Source of the DNA: Okamejei kenojei
Taxonomy: Eukaryota
Direction of reading: 5' to 3'
Length of the DNA stretch: 64,000 nt
NCBI GenBank assembly: GCA_035221665.1
Contig: CM069154.1
Coordinates: 5,332,001-5,396,000 of the forward strand
The notes beneath the pieces are model-generated. The model did not search any database. It worked only from the letters and a program-made list of their open reading frames with translations, and was not told the origin of the DNA. A program made the position numbers and the translations under genes. Below are positions 13,016 through 25,769 of this stretch, in pieces (the first letter of the stretch is position 1; the number at the start of each line of letters is the position of its first letter).

Positions 13016-13789
13016 GTACGTTGACGATCTCTCCTCACTCTCCCAGGTGAACATTTCCAGCCTGGGAATTCCCGGCCTCAGTCCTGACGGTGACTCGGTG
13101 CCACATCGCCAGGGGTCGGGGTGAAGGGGGGGGAGCACATTTACAGGGGTCCATGAGCCCACTGTCCAAGGAGCAGTGTGTGTGTATGTGTGTGTGAGGG
13201 GGGGGGGGGGACGGGGACGGGGAGGGGGGGACCTCGTGAACGGGGACCGGGCGGTTCTGCTGCTGGCGGCTCATTTCCCCAAAGACGATTGCTCCAGAAC
13301 CAGAAACTCTGCCGTCCCCTCACTGGGGCAGGAGGGGTGGAACCGCCCCCTCACCCTCTCCCCCTGCCCGTCACTGTCACACCCACACACACACATCATC
13401 TGAAGAAGGGTCCGAACCCTATACATCGTCCGTTCATTCCTTCCACAGATGCTGCCGGACCTGCTGAGTTACTCCAGCACTTTGTGTTTTGCTCAAGATT
13501 CCAGCACCTGCAATTCCTTGTGTCTCACAAACTTTGGTGATTCATGAGCTCAGTTTATTGTTGTCGTCTGTTCCGACGTACAGGGAAAAGCTTTTACCGT
13601 GTTTCCAATGAGGGCCAAGTCACTGGGTATTTTTAGGATTCACAGGTTCTCGATTAGTATGGGTGTCAAGCGATATGGGGAGAAGGGAAGAAAATGGGGT
13701 TGAGAGGGAGAGATAGATCAGCCATGATTTGAATGGCGGAGTAGACAAAATGGGCCAAATGAAACCTCATTCCTCCCCTAACACATGAA

Positions 13790-14425
13790 CTTCATTGCAA
13801 GAGGATTTCAGTACAGGAGTGGAGAGGTTCTTCTGCAGTTGTATTGGGGTCTGGTAAAGACCACATCTGGAGTGTTGTGTCCAGTTTTGGACTCCTAATT
13901 TGTGGAAGAACATCCTTGTGATTGAGGCAATGCAGCGTAGGTTCACGAGATTGATCCATGGGATGGCGGGACTGTCACACGAGGAAAGATTGAAAAAGAC
14001 TAGGCTCTAAACTGGAGTTTTAGGAGGATGAGTGGAGATCTTATAGAAACATATAAAATTATAAAAGGACTGGACAAGCTCGATGAAGGAAAAATGTTCC
14101 CAATGTTGGGCGAGTCCAGAACCAGGGGGCACAGTCTTAGAATAAAGGGGAGGCCATTTAAGACTGAGGTGAGAAAAAACTTTTTCACCCAGAGAGTTGT
14201 GAATTTGTGGAATTCCCTGCCACAGAGGGCAGTGGAGTCCAAATGACTGGATGGATTTAAGGAGAGTTAGATGGAGCTCTCGGGGCTAGTGGAATCAAGG
14301 GATATGGGGAGAAGGCAGGCATAGGTTATTGATTGGGGACGTTCAGCCCCTGATCACAATGAATGGCGATGCTGGCTCAAAGGGCCGAAAGGCCTCCTCC
14401 TGCACCTATTTTCTATGTTTCTTTA
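13790..14425 (+). mobile_element. CR1 LINE 3' fragment (homologue ~61030-61650)
   Basis: GDLIETYKIIKGLD..RTRGHSLRI..FFTQRVVNLWNSLP; ttctatgt tail. Confidence 0.85.
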
Positions 14426-14469
14426 ACTTATGAACGAAGAATCCTCATGAGATGACTGATATGTCATCT

Positions 14470-15420
14470 TCCGAACTTTTTGTATTATTATAGGGCAGTG
14501 CATATTAAGAATAATTTACTGCTTGGACAGTTCTACCCAACAGACAGAATGAATAAGAATGGAGAAAGAGGACTGTTCTCCTTGTAATATAGGAGCGATC
14601 CTCTTCTCCCCGATAAAACTGAACAACACAATATATAAGAATAACCTAATTATACATGAGACAATAAGAATTTGGAAACAAATAAAATTATCCTTAAAAT
14701 TAAGAAACCTATCTTTGTTAATGCCAATAGTGAATAACCCTTCATTTAAACCATCTCTTATTGATAAAACATATAATCAATGGGAAAGAATGGGAATTAA
14801 AAGGATCGGTGATATGTCTGAAATGGGAAATCTGTTATCATTCCAACAATTCCAATTAAAATTTTAACTGAAAAATAACCAATATTTTAAATATCTTCAG
14901 ATCTGCGACTTCATGAAGAAATACATACAAAGATATCAAAACATAACTTTAGATCCACTGGAAGAAGCAATGAACATTAAGGCTGACTCACAGAAATTAA
15001 TATCATATTTATATGATAGTATTTTAAAAATATTTTAAACCATCGACAGAGGCACTTAGAGAAGAGTGGGAATGAGAATTAATGATAAAAATTACGAAGG
15101 AAACATGGGAAACGTATTTGATATATACATAAATGTTTTTGATTAATGTAAGATAAAATTGAATAAAAATTTTACATAGATTATATTACTCAAAAACTAG
15201 ATTGAATAAATTCTATCCAAAACTTCCCCCATTTGTGATAAATGTCTATCCCAAAATTCAACGATAACACACTCTTTTGTCTCCTGCATAAAACGTTATA
15301 AATTCTGGAGTGATATTTTTGAAATATTTACAAAATTATTTAAGATAAAAATGGAACCTAATACTTAAATGATTGTATTTGGAGTAATGGCAGATGGGAA
15401 TAAATTGAACTTCATCTCAA
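14470..15420 (+). mobile_element. Older L1 ORF2 3' fragment, left part; interrupted by the younger L1 and resuming at 22220-22790
   Basis: ETIRIWKQIK..WERMGIKRIGD; contiguous in copy B at ~61690-63205 with an A-rich tail. Confidence 0.8.
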
Positions 15421-15430
15421 ATTTTATTTT

Positions 15431-18400
15431 ATTTTGTTTTAATTTTTTTTTTTTTAATTTTTTTATTATAGAAACAAAGTAATTACAAAATACACTCTTA
15501 TACAACGATAAAAAACTATATAATATTAATGATAAATTGATACTGTTTATATTATTTATAATATTATCAATAATACATATCAAGGTTAATTATTTTTGTA
15601 TAATTGGGAGTGTGTATAGTATCTTCCTAGTATTAGCATTATACTCATATTACTACTCATAATAATCCATATTTTCCTCTGATTTCAAAATACAAGTCCC
15701 CCATGTTATAATTGTATAATACACAATATTAACCGAACTTCTATAATATTCATTATATTTTCATAATAATAAGAGTGTTTGTATTATTATTGACCTTTTA
15801 TATTTTCTAAATTATTATATAGTTGAAACTACACAATTTTTATGTAATTAAAAAAATACAGGACATCAATAATATTTTCATACAAGTAATGATATCTATA
15901 TTCGCATTAATATTAAAAAATTTAATATAATGTGTTTTTCTATACTTTTTTTTAATTAAGGATAGAAAAAATAAAGAATAGAAAATAGAAAAGCGAGTGT
16001 TGAAAAGTTTGATGGAGATTGGAATATTATTCATTAATTCGTCCTTGGAGATATATTCATGATTTTTTATTATATATGTTTCTTCATCCATTCAGATATT
16101 CAGGCCTCAGTCAAGGTCTTCGCGCCGAACCGTTATGACCCTGTAAAATATTTAATATATGGAGACCAAATCTCTCTGAAGAGATCTATCCTATCCATAA
16201 GGACAAGCCTCAATCTCTCCAAATGAAGTGTCCTCAGACATTTCTGTATTCCACATTTTAATTGTTGGGGATGCAGGGCCTTTCCAAAATTTTAGTATTA
16301 ATTTTTTCCCAATTATTAGACAATAGTCGATTAAAAATTCTTTGGTTTCATTGTAATTAGTTGGTCCGTTTCAAGTATTCCAAGTATTATTAACTTTGGA
16401 TCAGAAATCATTGTAATTATTATTAACATTCGAAATTATCTTAAATATTTCGTTCCAATATTCTACAATCTTTATACAATTAGTGAATGAATGTGACAAA
16501 TTTGCTTCTGAGATTTGACATTTTATCACATATAGGCGATAATTTTGGAAATATTATTATGTAATTTAGATTTGGAATAATGTAGTCTATGTAGAATTTT
16601 AAACTGTATAAGAACCATGTTTAGCATTTAACGAACAATGATGTATGTGTTGTAAGCTTTTCGTCCCATATTTCTGAGCTTATTATTTGACCTAATTCCA
16701 TTTTCCCAAATATGTCTATGTGTTTCCCGTTGATGGGATATCTACTTTCCAATAAAATATTATAATAAATGATATCATAAAATTTTTTTTTCTGTATTTG
16801 GATGTTTATTCAAGCATTCATCTAAAATGTCAGTCTTTCTATTTCTAAGTTCTTGTGTATTTGCAGAGATATAGTTTCTGATTTGTAAATATCTAAAAAT
16901 ATTCATTTATTTTGTAGTCCATAAGTTTGTTGTAACTCTTGAAATGAAAAGAAAAGAGCTTTCCTTATAAAGATCCCCTATGTTTTAAAATTCCTTTATT
17001 TTTCCATTGTAATATCCATCGTTGAAGGTTTAAACGTAAAATTATTGGCAATGGTAAGACCTAACGGTTATAGATTTTAATTTTAATGTTTTCTTTATTT
17101 GTTTTCCCAAATGCGGATTCCGTTTTCTATTATCGGGTTTTTTTCACTATTAAATTTTTCTTAGTCACGTTTGTTTGTATTAGCAAATATTTTAGAACTA
17201 ATTTCAAATAGGAGAACAATTCTTCTTTTTCCATTTTTAACCAGTTTGGTTTGTTATCTATTTCTTCTAGCCAAAATTCATGTTTTTGATATTAACTGCC
17301 CAGTAATAAAACATAAAATTTGGTAATTGCTAATCCCCCATTTATTTTAGCTTTACATAAGTGTTTTTTTTTTTTTATTTATTCTGTGGTTCTTATAATC
17401 CCAAATAAGTTAGTAACTAGGGAGTCTAATTTTAAAAAAAAAAATCTTTAGGGAGAGATATATCGGTATTAATTGAAATAAATATAATAATTGTGGGAGA
17501 AAAATCATTTTTATCGCGTTGATTTTACCTAACATTGAAATAGGTAAACTTTTCCAGTATAAAATATTCTTATTTAATTTGTTCAGTAATAACGGGAAGT
17601 TAGATTTAAATAAAGAATCAAATCTTTTTGTAACGAAATTGCCAAGATATTTAATATTTTCATTTGTTATCTTGAAAGGAAATTGTTGTAATATCTGTAA
17701 ATTATTCATCGTTATTGGCATAAGTTCACTTTTATTCCAATTGATACTGTATCCTGAGATTAATCCAAATTCCGTTATTAGTTTTAACAAATTTCGGATA
17801 CTTATTTCCGGTTCAGTGATATAATAGTAATACATCGTCCGCATATAAGGAGATTTTATTCTTAGTATCTTTAGTATCATATCCATGTATTTCTGGATGT
17901 AATCTCACCCTTTGGGCGAGAGGGTTCTATTGCTAGCGCGAACAATAAAGGTGATAGAGGACAGCCTTGTCTACAACCTCGAGATAAACTAAATTTAGTA
18001 GATAACATACGGTTTGTTTTATTTCTAGCTGTTGGGTTTGCATATAACAATTTAATCCAAGTAGTAAAACTTCTCACCGAGCTTGAAAGCTTCCATCACC
18101 GAAAAATAGATAAGGCCATTCCACTTGGTCAAAAGCTTTTTCTGCATCCAGCGAGATAACTACTAAATCTTTTTTATCACTTCTTTTCGAATATATAATA
18201 TTAAATAACCGTCTTAGATTATATGAGGAATATCTTTTAGATATAAAATCCTGTTTGATCGGGATGAATTAATTCATTGACAACTGTACTTAATCTTTGT
18301 GCTAATATTTTTGTTAGAATCTTTTGATCCGTATTTAATAGAGCTATTGCTCTATATGATCCTGGTTCATCCAAGTCTTTATTTATTTTAGGTATAAGTG

Positions 18401-21400
18401 TGTTATAATAGACCTCGTTCAGCGTATCTGGTAATTTTCTGTTGTGTATATATCTGTTCATATAATGATTTCAAATATGGGACCATATGATCATGAAAAA
18501 TTTTATAAATTTCCGAGCCTATACCATCCGGTCCCGGTGTTTTACCATTTTTTAATGATCTAATAGATTCTTGGATTTCTTTTATTGAAATATCAGCATT
18601 TAATAGTTCTTTATTTTGTAAATCCAAACCTTTTAAGTTACATATTTTTTAAAAAGGCATCTATTTCTGTTTTATTTACTGTCGCTTTAACAGTATATAG
18701 ATTTTTATAATATTGCATAAAATCTTTCATTAATATCTTTAGGTTGTATTAATAAATCACCATTTTGTGATTTAATCCTATGTATAATTTTTTCAGCTTC
18801 AATTTCCTTAATTGTCGAGCTAATAATTTTTTGGGGTTTGTTCTCCAAATTCAAAACTGTAATTGTTTAGTATGTTGATAAAATTTTAAAACTTGATCAG
18901 TATATATTTTATTTAATTTATATTTCAATGCTACAATTTTATTATGTATTATTTATATCTGGTTTTGTTGCATTCTGTTATTCTAATTGTTTAATCTCCC
19001 TTTCCAAGTCCTGTTTGTTCCTTCCGAATCTTTTTTATTATGGAATGCTTGTGAAGAAATCATAATTCCTCGAAGATATGCTTTAAATGTTTCCCATAAT
19101 AAAAGAGCGAGATATTTCTGGTTGATCATTTATTTCAAAAAAAAATCTTAATTTGAGTTATAATATATTCCTGAGTGGGTTTTATTTTTTAAAATTTGTG
19201 GATTAAGTTTCCATTGTCCACAATTTTCTCTGTTTTTTTACCATTTATTTTAATTTTAAAATGTTAATGGTGCATGATCTGAGATTTATAATATTATGAT
19301 ATTTGGGTTCGTAAGTAAGTGAGATAAGCTTTGCATCTACCAGAAAATAATCTATTCTTAAGTAAGTTTTATGTACTGGTGAGTAAAAAGAGTATTCTCG
19401 ACCAGTAGGGTTTTCTATTCTCCAAACATCTTTAATATTAGTCGTTTGAAAATATGCATTTAATAAATCACTAGAATGTGATTTAGTTTTTCTTTGTTTT
19501 GATGATCTGTCTAGGTAAGGGTCTAATGTACAATTAAAATCTCCTCCAATTATCAAATTATAATGTGTTTAATTCCGGAATATTGTTAAGTACTTTCTTA
19601 AAAAACAAAGGGCTATCAAAATTTGGTCCATATATATTAACGAAAATCATTTTTCTGTGTTTATTTCTCCTATCACAATAATGTATCTACCATCTTTTAT
19701 CAGATATAGTTGATGTATGTTTAAATAAAGTACCTTTACGAAATAATATTGCTACACCTCTTGATTTATGCGTAAAAGAAGAATGATATATTTTGTCTAT
19801 CCAATTTAGGCTTTCAACCTGTTTTCAGCGTCTTTTTTTAAGTGGGTTTCTTGAATATAAATTACATCAGCTTTAATTGCCTTTAAATGTGTCAATATTT
19901 TTCCTCTCTTTATTGGTTCATTAATACCTTTAACGTTCCAACTGCAAAATGTTAATCCCTCATTCCCCGTATTTCTTTTTAAGTCTTGCATTTTAAGTTT
20001 GTGGGAATCTGCAATAGAGTCTAAGGGTCAGCGCAGTAGACCTAACCTTACACCCGAACACCGAATAGATGAATTTTAAATCTCTTTTATATACCTCACG
20101 AATATATCTCCATTGGTCCAATGTGTAACTCCATTCAAACTGAAAAATACATAGATATAAAAAGGATAGTAAAAGAATAGTTTTAAAGAAATTAATAAGT
20201 TTGTGTAAAAGAAGGAAAAAACTACAAATAAAGTATTTGTAGTTTGTGTTAGCCATATTAACTTGGCTATCCATCTAAGGACTTCCGGCATTGTTGTTAT
20301 TAACTTTGGCCAGCTCCTAGATTTGAGGGAATTATTATTCCATCAATATATTTTAACTGGGGTGTAATATTAAAGGAATGAAAAAAGTGGTGGTAATCGT
20401 CATATAAAGGGTATCTATATCTAAAATTAAATCTTAGAAATCTAAGCAGTATAATCATAAAAGAATATAATTTAAAGTACAAAATAAAAATTATTATTAG
20501 AAAAAAAGGATCTCCAAATGAGATCCATAGCTAAATTTAACTCCATTCATTAACGAGACATTAGTTATTAATTATTAGTGATATTAATTAGCAAAAGTGA
20601 GCAATCTTGATTAATAATAATCATAGTGATAATAAAACCGCGTTTGTGATTTTAATATGTGTGTTATTTGTTTATATTAGTTATATGTTAAGACTAATTG
20701 TCAGTATCCAGAAAACGTCTTCCAATCCAGTTTTTTCCTCTTCATTCCGTACGGCATTGTCCATTACTTCTAGTCCCATATTATCATATGAAATTCTCAC
20801 GAATGTTTGAGTGTCCGTTATTGGGTCTCTAAAAGTAGAAAAAGGTCAGTATGTTTTGCTTGTAGATACTTTTCAAGACTCGAGCTGCTTTGCGAAATCC
20901 AAGGCTGCTGGTAGTGTTGAGACTCCATGTTGGGTCTCTAAAAATAGTAAAAAGTCAGTATGTTTTGCTTTGTAAATACTTTTTCAAGGCTTGAACTGCT
21001 TTGCGAAATCCAAGGCTGCTTCTGGGGTTTTTAAAGAAATGCTCCACTGTGTTAAAAGTAACTCTTAGAATGGCTGGGTAATTCAAACCGTATCTCAGAT
21101 TTTCTACACCCCTCATTAGGCTTTTGGCTTCATTAAAAGCCTTCCCGTTTTCTAGCAACCTCTGGAGGGTAATCTCGATAGATACTGATCCTTTGTCCTT
21201 CAAATGTCAAATTCTTATTTCTCGCAGCTTTCCGCATAATCTCCTCCAGAACAAAAATCATATTGTAGCTTTATGATCATTTGTCTTGGGGGGGCATTTA
21301 TACTGGTCTGACGTCTGCCGACTCTATGTGCACCAGCTAATAAAGGCATTTTCATCCAGAGATAAAACATTTTGGAGTAGTTTAGCAGTGAATTCTCGAA

Positions 21401-22219
21401 GATCTTCGTGTTTCTCGCGACCTTCAGGAATCCCTTGCGATCCTCAAGTTCTGTCTTCTCTGATAGCCTTCTAGCTGAGTACATTTCTCTGTTGTTTTAG
21501 TCGGCAAAGTCATTAGACGTTCATGTTCTGTTATCAGCTTTGCTGTAGACTCAGTACTTGCCTCCGCTATCTGTTCAAAGTTCTTCATGCCATCTGCCTG
21601 TTGTTCCAGCACATTCTCAATAGGATTAATCTTATTTTGAAAGTCTTTTTTAACCTTTTCAAGTTTTTTCTCCATCTTACTTTCCATATCCTTAAGCATT
21701 TCAATAAGTTCTTTCTTCAAATCTTCCGATACTTTCTTGACCTTTTTTTCAATTTTTAACATTGTTTCTTTTTGAAATTCATTCAGTTGATTTTTCATCT
21801 GATCCATCTGATTGTTTATTTGACATATTTCTTCCTTTAATTCTTCCTTTATACCTTTCATTTCTTCCTTTAATTCTAGCTTTAAAATAGCCATCTGTTG
21901 AGATATAAAAGTTTTCAAATCCTCACCTTCCGCTTTTGTGCCTGGTTTCTTGGAAACATCTTCCATGGAGCTAGTCCTACTCGAATCCGAGGCTTCACCT
22001 CGGTTTTCTGTCGGGTTGAACGAGTTTTACTCTTGTCGGTAGGGCTCCGTGGCGTCGACATAGTTAGTCGCGCGGCTGATGACGTCACTCGGCACAGTCG
22101 GTATAGAAACGGAAGGCAGTGTGTAGCAGACAGCCGGTAAGTCTTTTAAAACCCCTTTTTTTCCGATTTTTTACGGAGCTGGCTGGGCGCTATCCTCTAG
22201 GGCTCCATAGCGCCACCGG
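15431..22219 (-). mobile_element. Apparently full-length L1-clade LINE (ORF1 ~20955-22040; ORF2 19991 to ~16100, frameshifted)
   Basis: Coiled-coil ORF1 with RRQNLRI; APE SWNVKG, IQETHL, IGGDFN, RIDYFL; [15 protein letters not shown]; poly(A) tail; TSD attttatttt at 15421-15430 and 22220-22229; absent from copy B. Confidence 0.95.
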
Positions 22220-22790
22220 ATTTTATTTTTTAATTATCGGTTAATAACGGCAAAAAACCGTATACTTAACTTTTGGAAAAATACAGCTGTACTAATGCTT
22301 AAAATGTGGATTTCAAACATGTTGGACACTGCACATCTTGAGGAAATGCGATTCCTCCTAATAGATAAATCAGACCAATTTTTAACGAGTTGGTCTCCAT
22401 TTGTCGATTTTTTGGAAGCATATGGTCCAACAAAATGGTAGAAGCTAACTGTTTTAGGATTGGGAGAGGGATGCTCACGAATATAGATAACGATCTCCTT
22501 AATCTCTTACTTTCTACTCTTTCTCTTTCTTTTTTCTTTTTCTTTCTCAACTTTCTTCTTTCACACTTTTTTCTTTCTCACACACTATATATCACATGTT
22601 TCTATCTTTTATTATCTTTTCTCTCTTTTTCTTTTTCATTATTAAAAAGAATAATAATAAGAAGCTGTACATAAAATGTAACGTCAATATATATTAGGCA
22701 CCTTGGTGCCATATTCCTGTACTTACTTTTAATAAAATAAAATTTAAAAGAAAATAAAATTTAAAAAAAAACTACAAAAATGCGATGACT
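22220..22790 (+). mobile_element. Older L1 3' end, right part, with A-rich tail
   Basis: Continues 14470-15420; matches 62654-63205. Confidence 0.75.
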
Positions 22791-23276
22791 GATATGGACT
22801 TTACACTGAGCCGCACAAACTGCACAAGATGAAATACTCAACGGGTTGGGCAGCATCTGTGGAGAGAGAACGAGAGTTAATGTTTCATGTAGATACCTCC
22901 AACCAAATTGTATTATTTCCAATTCAGTCCACTTAATTAAAATAGTCCATGAATCCACCCGCTCCCAAGTTCTTCTCCAACGTAGAAGACATGGGCCTAA
23001 CTCTAGCAGCAGGAAGATAACACAGCCTGTGGGACTCTGAAGGGCATGAAAGAAGTCTCTGAATGCTTGCGACCATCCGGTGGCATCTTAATGGGTGAGC
23101 CTCCTGTCTAGATCAAGAGGCTTGGTCCATCTATGGTGGCCTCAGAAGGATCTTTGCCCAAATATGTGTAGTGGGATTCAAACAAAGAATCTCCCCCCCA
23201 CACCACTAAAACTGGCACAGGAACGTGCTTTCAGACATTTAATGTTCAAAAACTTAATTTTCTTTATCTCCACAAG

Positions 23277-23436
23277 GGTCTCAAACACAACGCCCAGACA
23301 TGGTCACCACCACCTCTTACAACAATAAGCACAAGGGCTTCCACCACAACTACTCTCACCACCCTGACCTCAAGATGCACCAATCACCAAGAAAGCAAGT
23401 TCCGTTGAGTCTCTTGATTCAACACCTCCCAAACAG
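23277..23436 (+). CDS. Copy A Ser/Thr-rich mucin-like stalk exon
   Basis: tttctttatctccacaag| acceptor and AACAG|gttagt donor; homologous to the open stalk exon of copy B, with three 1-bp insertions (net +3). Confidence 0.75.
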
Positions 23437-23489
23437 GTTAGTAACTCGAAGAGCCAACTCAGCCTCACCTGGAAGAACAAAATTAGTTA

Positions 23490-23795
23490 AGTTCAATTCA
23501 GCTCAATTTAAAGATACAGTGTGGAAATGGACCCTTTGGCCCACTGAGTCCACTCTGAGCAGCGATCTCCCCATACACCAGTTCTGATCTACACACGAGG
23601 GACAATGTACAGAAGCCAATTAGCCTACCAACACGAACGTCTTTAGAATGTGGGAGGAAACTGGAGAAACTGGAAAAATCTCTTGCAATCACAGGGAGAA
23701 CGTACAAACTCTGTACAGACAGCACCGGTAGTCAGGATCGAACCCGGGTCTCCTGCGCTGTGAGGCAGCAACTCTACCACTGCGCCACCGTGCCA
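23490..23795 (-). mobile_element. V-SINE (HE1-like)
   Basis: tRNA-like head at the right end. Confidence 0.75.
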
Positions 23796-24056
23796 ACCCT
23801 AAATGGTCAGCATGGTCTCAATGGGCCAAAGGGCCTGTTGTCATATGGGCCAATGTCATATCTCTAAACTGTAAACTACCTTATAGTTCCTTACATACCA
23901 ATAGAATTATTCATAATGTTCTAGAATTTAACCTGCACTGCATTCAAGTCTAGTCCCACAATTTTACTTTCCGGATCGAAACACATGGTTCGTTACTGTG
24001 GAGGGAATCAGTCCTATTACCATGAGCTCGTCATTGTTTTTCCTTGTATTTTGCAG

Positions 24057-24172
24057 GGAGGCAGATATATTTTCATGGCAGGTTGTTCTTCCGATTGCCT
24101 TGACAATTGTCTTCCTTCTGTTCATCGCTGCCATTATCCTATGTGTAAAAACAAGGCAGAAAAAGAAAACTG
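24057..24172 (+). CDS. Copy A transmembrane exon (EADIFSWQVVLPIALTIVFLLFIAAIILCVKTRQKKKT)
   Basis: Polypyrimidine ttgcag| acceptor and G|gtaagt donor; ~22 hydrophobic residues with no charge, then a basic stop-transfer. Confidence 0.9.
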
Positions 24173-25769
24173 GTAAGTTGCGTTGAATGTACGTAAATAT
24201 CAAGGGGCACTCTTGTTGATTAACGTAGATTTGGCACTTCTCTCTGTGGTGCCTTTCACAAACTCAGACCATTCACCTAGCGTATAACAGCAGGGAAAGA
24301 CACCAAGTGCTGGAGTAACTCAGCGGGTCAGGCAGCATCAGGGCGGCACAGTGGCAAAGTGGGAGAGTTGCTGCCTTACAACGCCAGAAACCCGGGTTCG
24401 ATCCTGACTATGGGTGCTGTCTGTATGGAGTTTGTACGTTTTCCCTGTGAACGTGTGGGTTTACACCAGAGAGACAGGTCCTTTGGCCCAACTCGTCCTT
24501 ACTGACGCCCAAGGTGCTTCCCTACGCTAGTCCCACTTACCTCTGCTTGTCCCACATCACTCTTAAAGCTTTCTTCTCCATGTATCTCTCCAAATGTCTT
24601 TTAAACGCTGGAATTGGACTTGCCTTTACCACTTTCTCTGTTGGTTTGATCCGTGTGATGAGAGTGGTCAAATCTGGGGTGAATTGACAGGAAGATGGGG
24701 CGAATAAAATGGGATTGTGGAGATGAATGGAAATGGCTGCTTGATGGGCCAGCATGAGCTTTAAGGGCCAAAGGGCCTGCTTCCATACTGATGGTTCTGT
24801 GAAAACCATCTGGTTGGAAGCTGCAATAATATGCAGAAGTGCGTCAGTCTTATCTAGATTGAACAAGAATGTTTTTATCTGCAAATGGTACAGAGGAAGT
24901 GATGGCCACAGGAAGCCAGGAGACGATGATTCAGAAGCAGAAGGAGACAAACATATTTCCCAGCAGGTTCAGACATCGACGTCCTGTTATTTAGCTTAGT
25001 GATGACACGTCAAACCCACTGAATCTCCATGCAGTGAAATTATCCGGAAATTGTAAAGCGGTTTTGAAGTAGAACCTTTGGAAATGTCCAGGAGCGGTGG
25101 ATGTAAGATCTGCAGGAGGAGGCAGGAGAGATGACTGGTGACAACTTTACTGAATTCATCAAGTCATAGAACTATACAGCACTGGCCATGCACTGAAGTT
25201 TAAATGTGTTCTGCTCCTTCTCTGTTCACAATCTAATGCGTCACACCAGAAGCAAAGTTCAGCTCATTTGTAAATGACTAAATTAGTATTTGGTTTAGTT
25301 TAAAAAAGAACTGCCGGATAGTCGGTAGCCCCAAGTCGGCCGACCTGAGGGTCGGAGACAATTCCCTGCTACTTTTCCTCGATGCAATAGATTATATTAG
25401 ACAGACACATCTTCTCTCCAGAGATGTTGCTTGTCCCGCTGAGTTACTCCAGCATTTTGTGTCTACCTTCGGTGCAAACCAGCATCTACAGTTCCTTCCT
25501 ACACAGATTATATTAGAGTTGCGGGAAGTAACTTCATGAAAACATGTTTGTCCTGCATCCAATCCTCCTCCGCAAAGAGTGAACCATACAACTGTGCCTT
25601 ACAGCGCCAGAGACCAGGGTTCGATCCTGACTATGGGTCCGGTCTTTATGGAGTTTGTATGTTCTCCCCATGACCGCATGTATTTTCTCTGAGAACTTTG
25701 GTATCCTCCCACACTCCAAAGACGTACAGGTTTGCAGATTAATTGGCTTGGTATAAATGTAAATTGTAT

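Larger units (their letters stand above)
4050..23571 (+). repeat. Segmental duplication unit A (homologous to ~45770-64000)
   Basis: Collinear near-identity of unique sequence, exons and old repeats; left boundary approximate. Confidence 0.93.
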
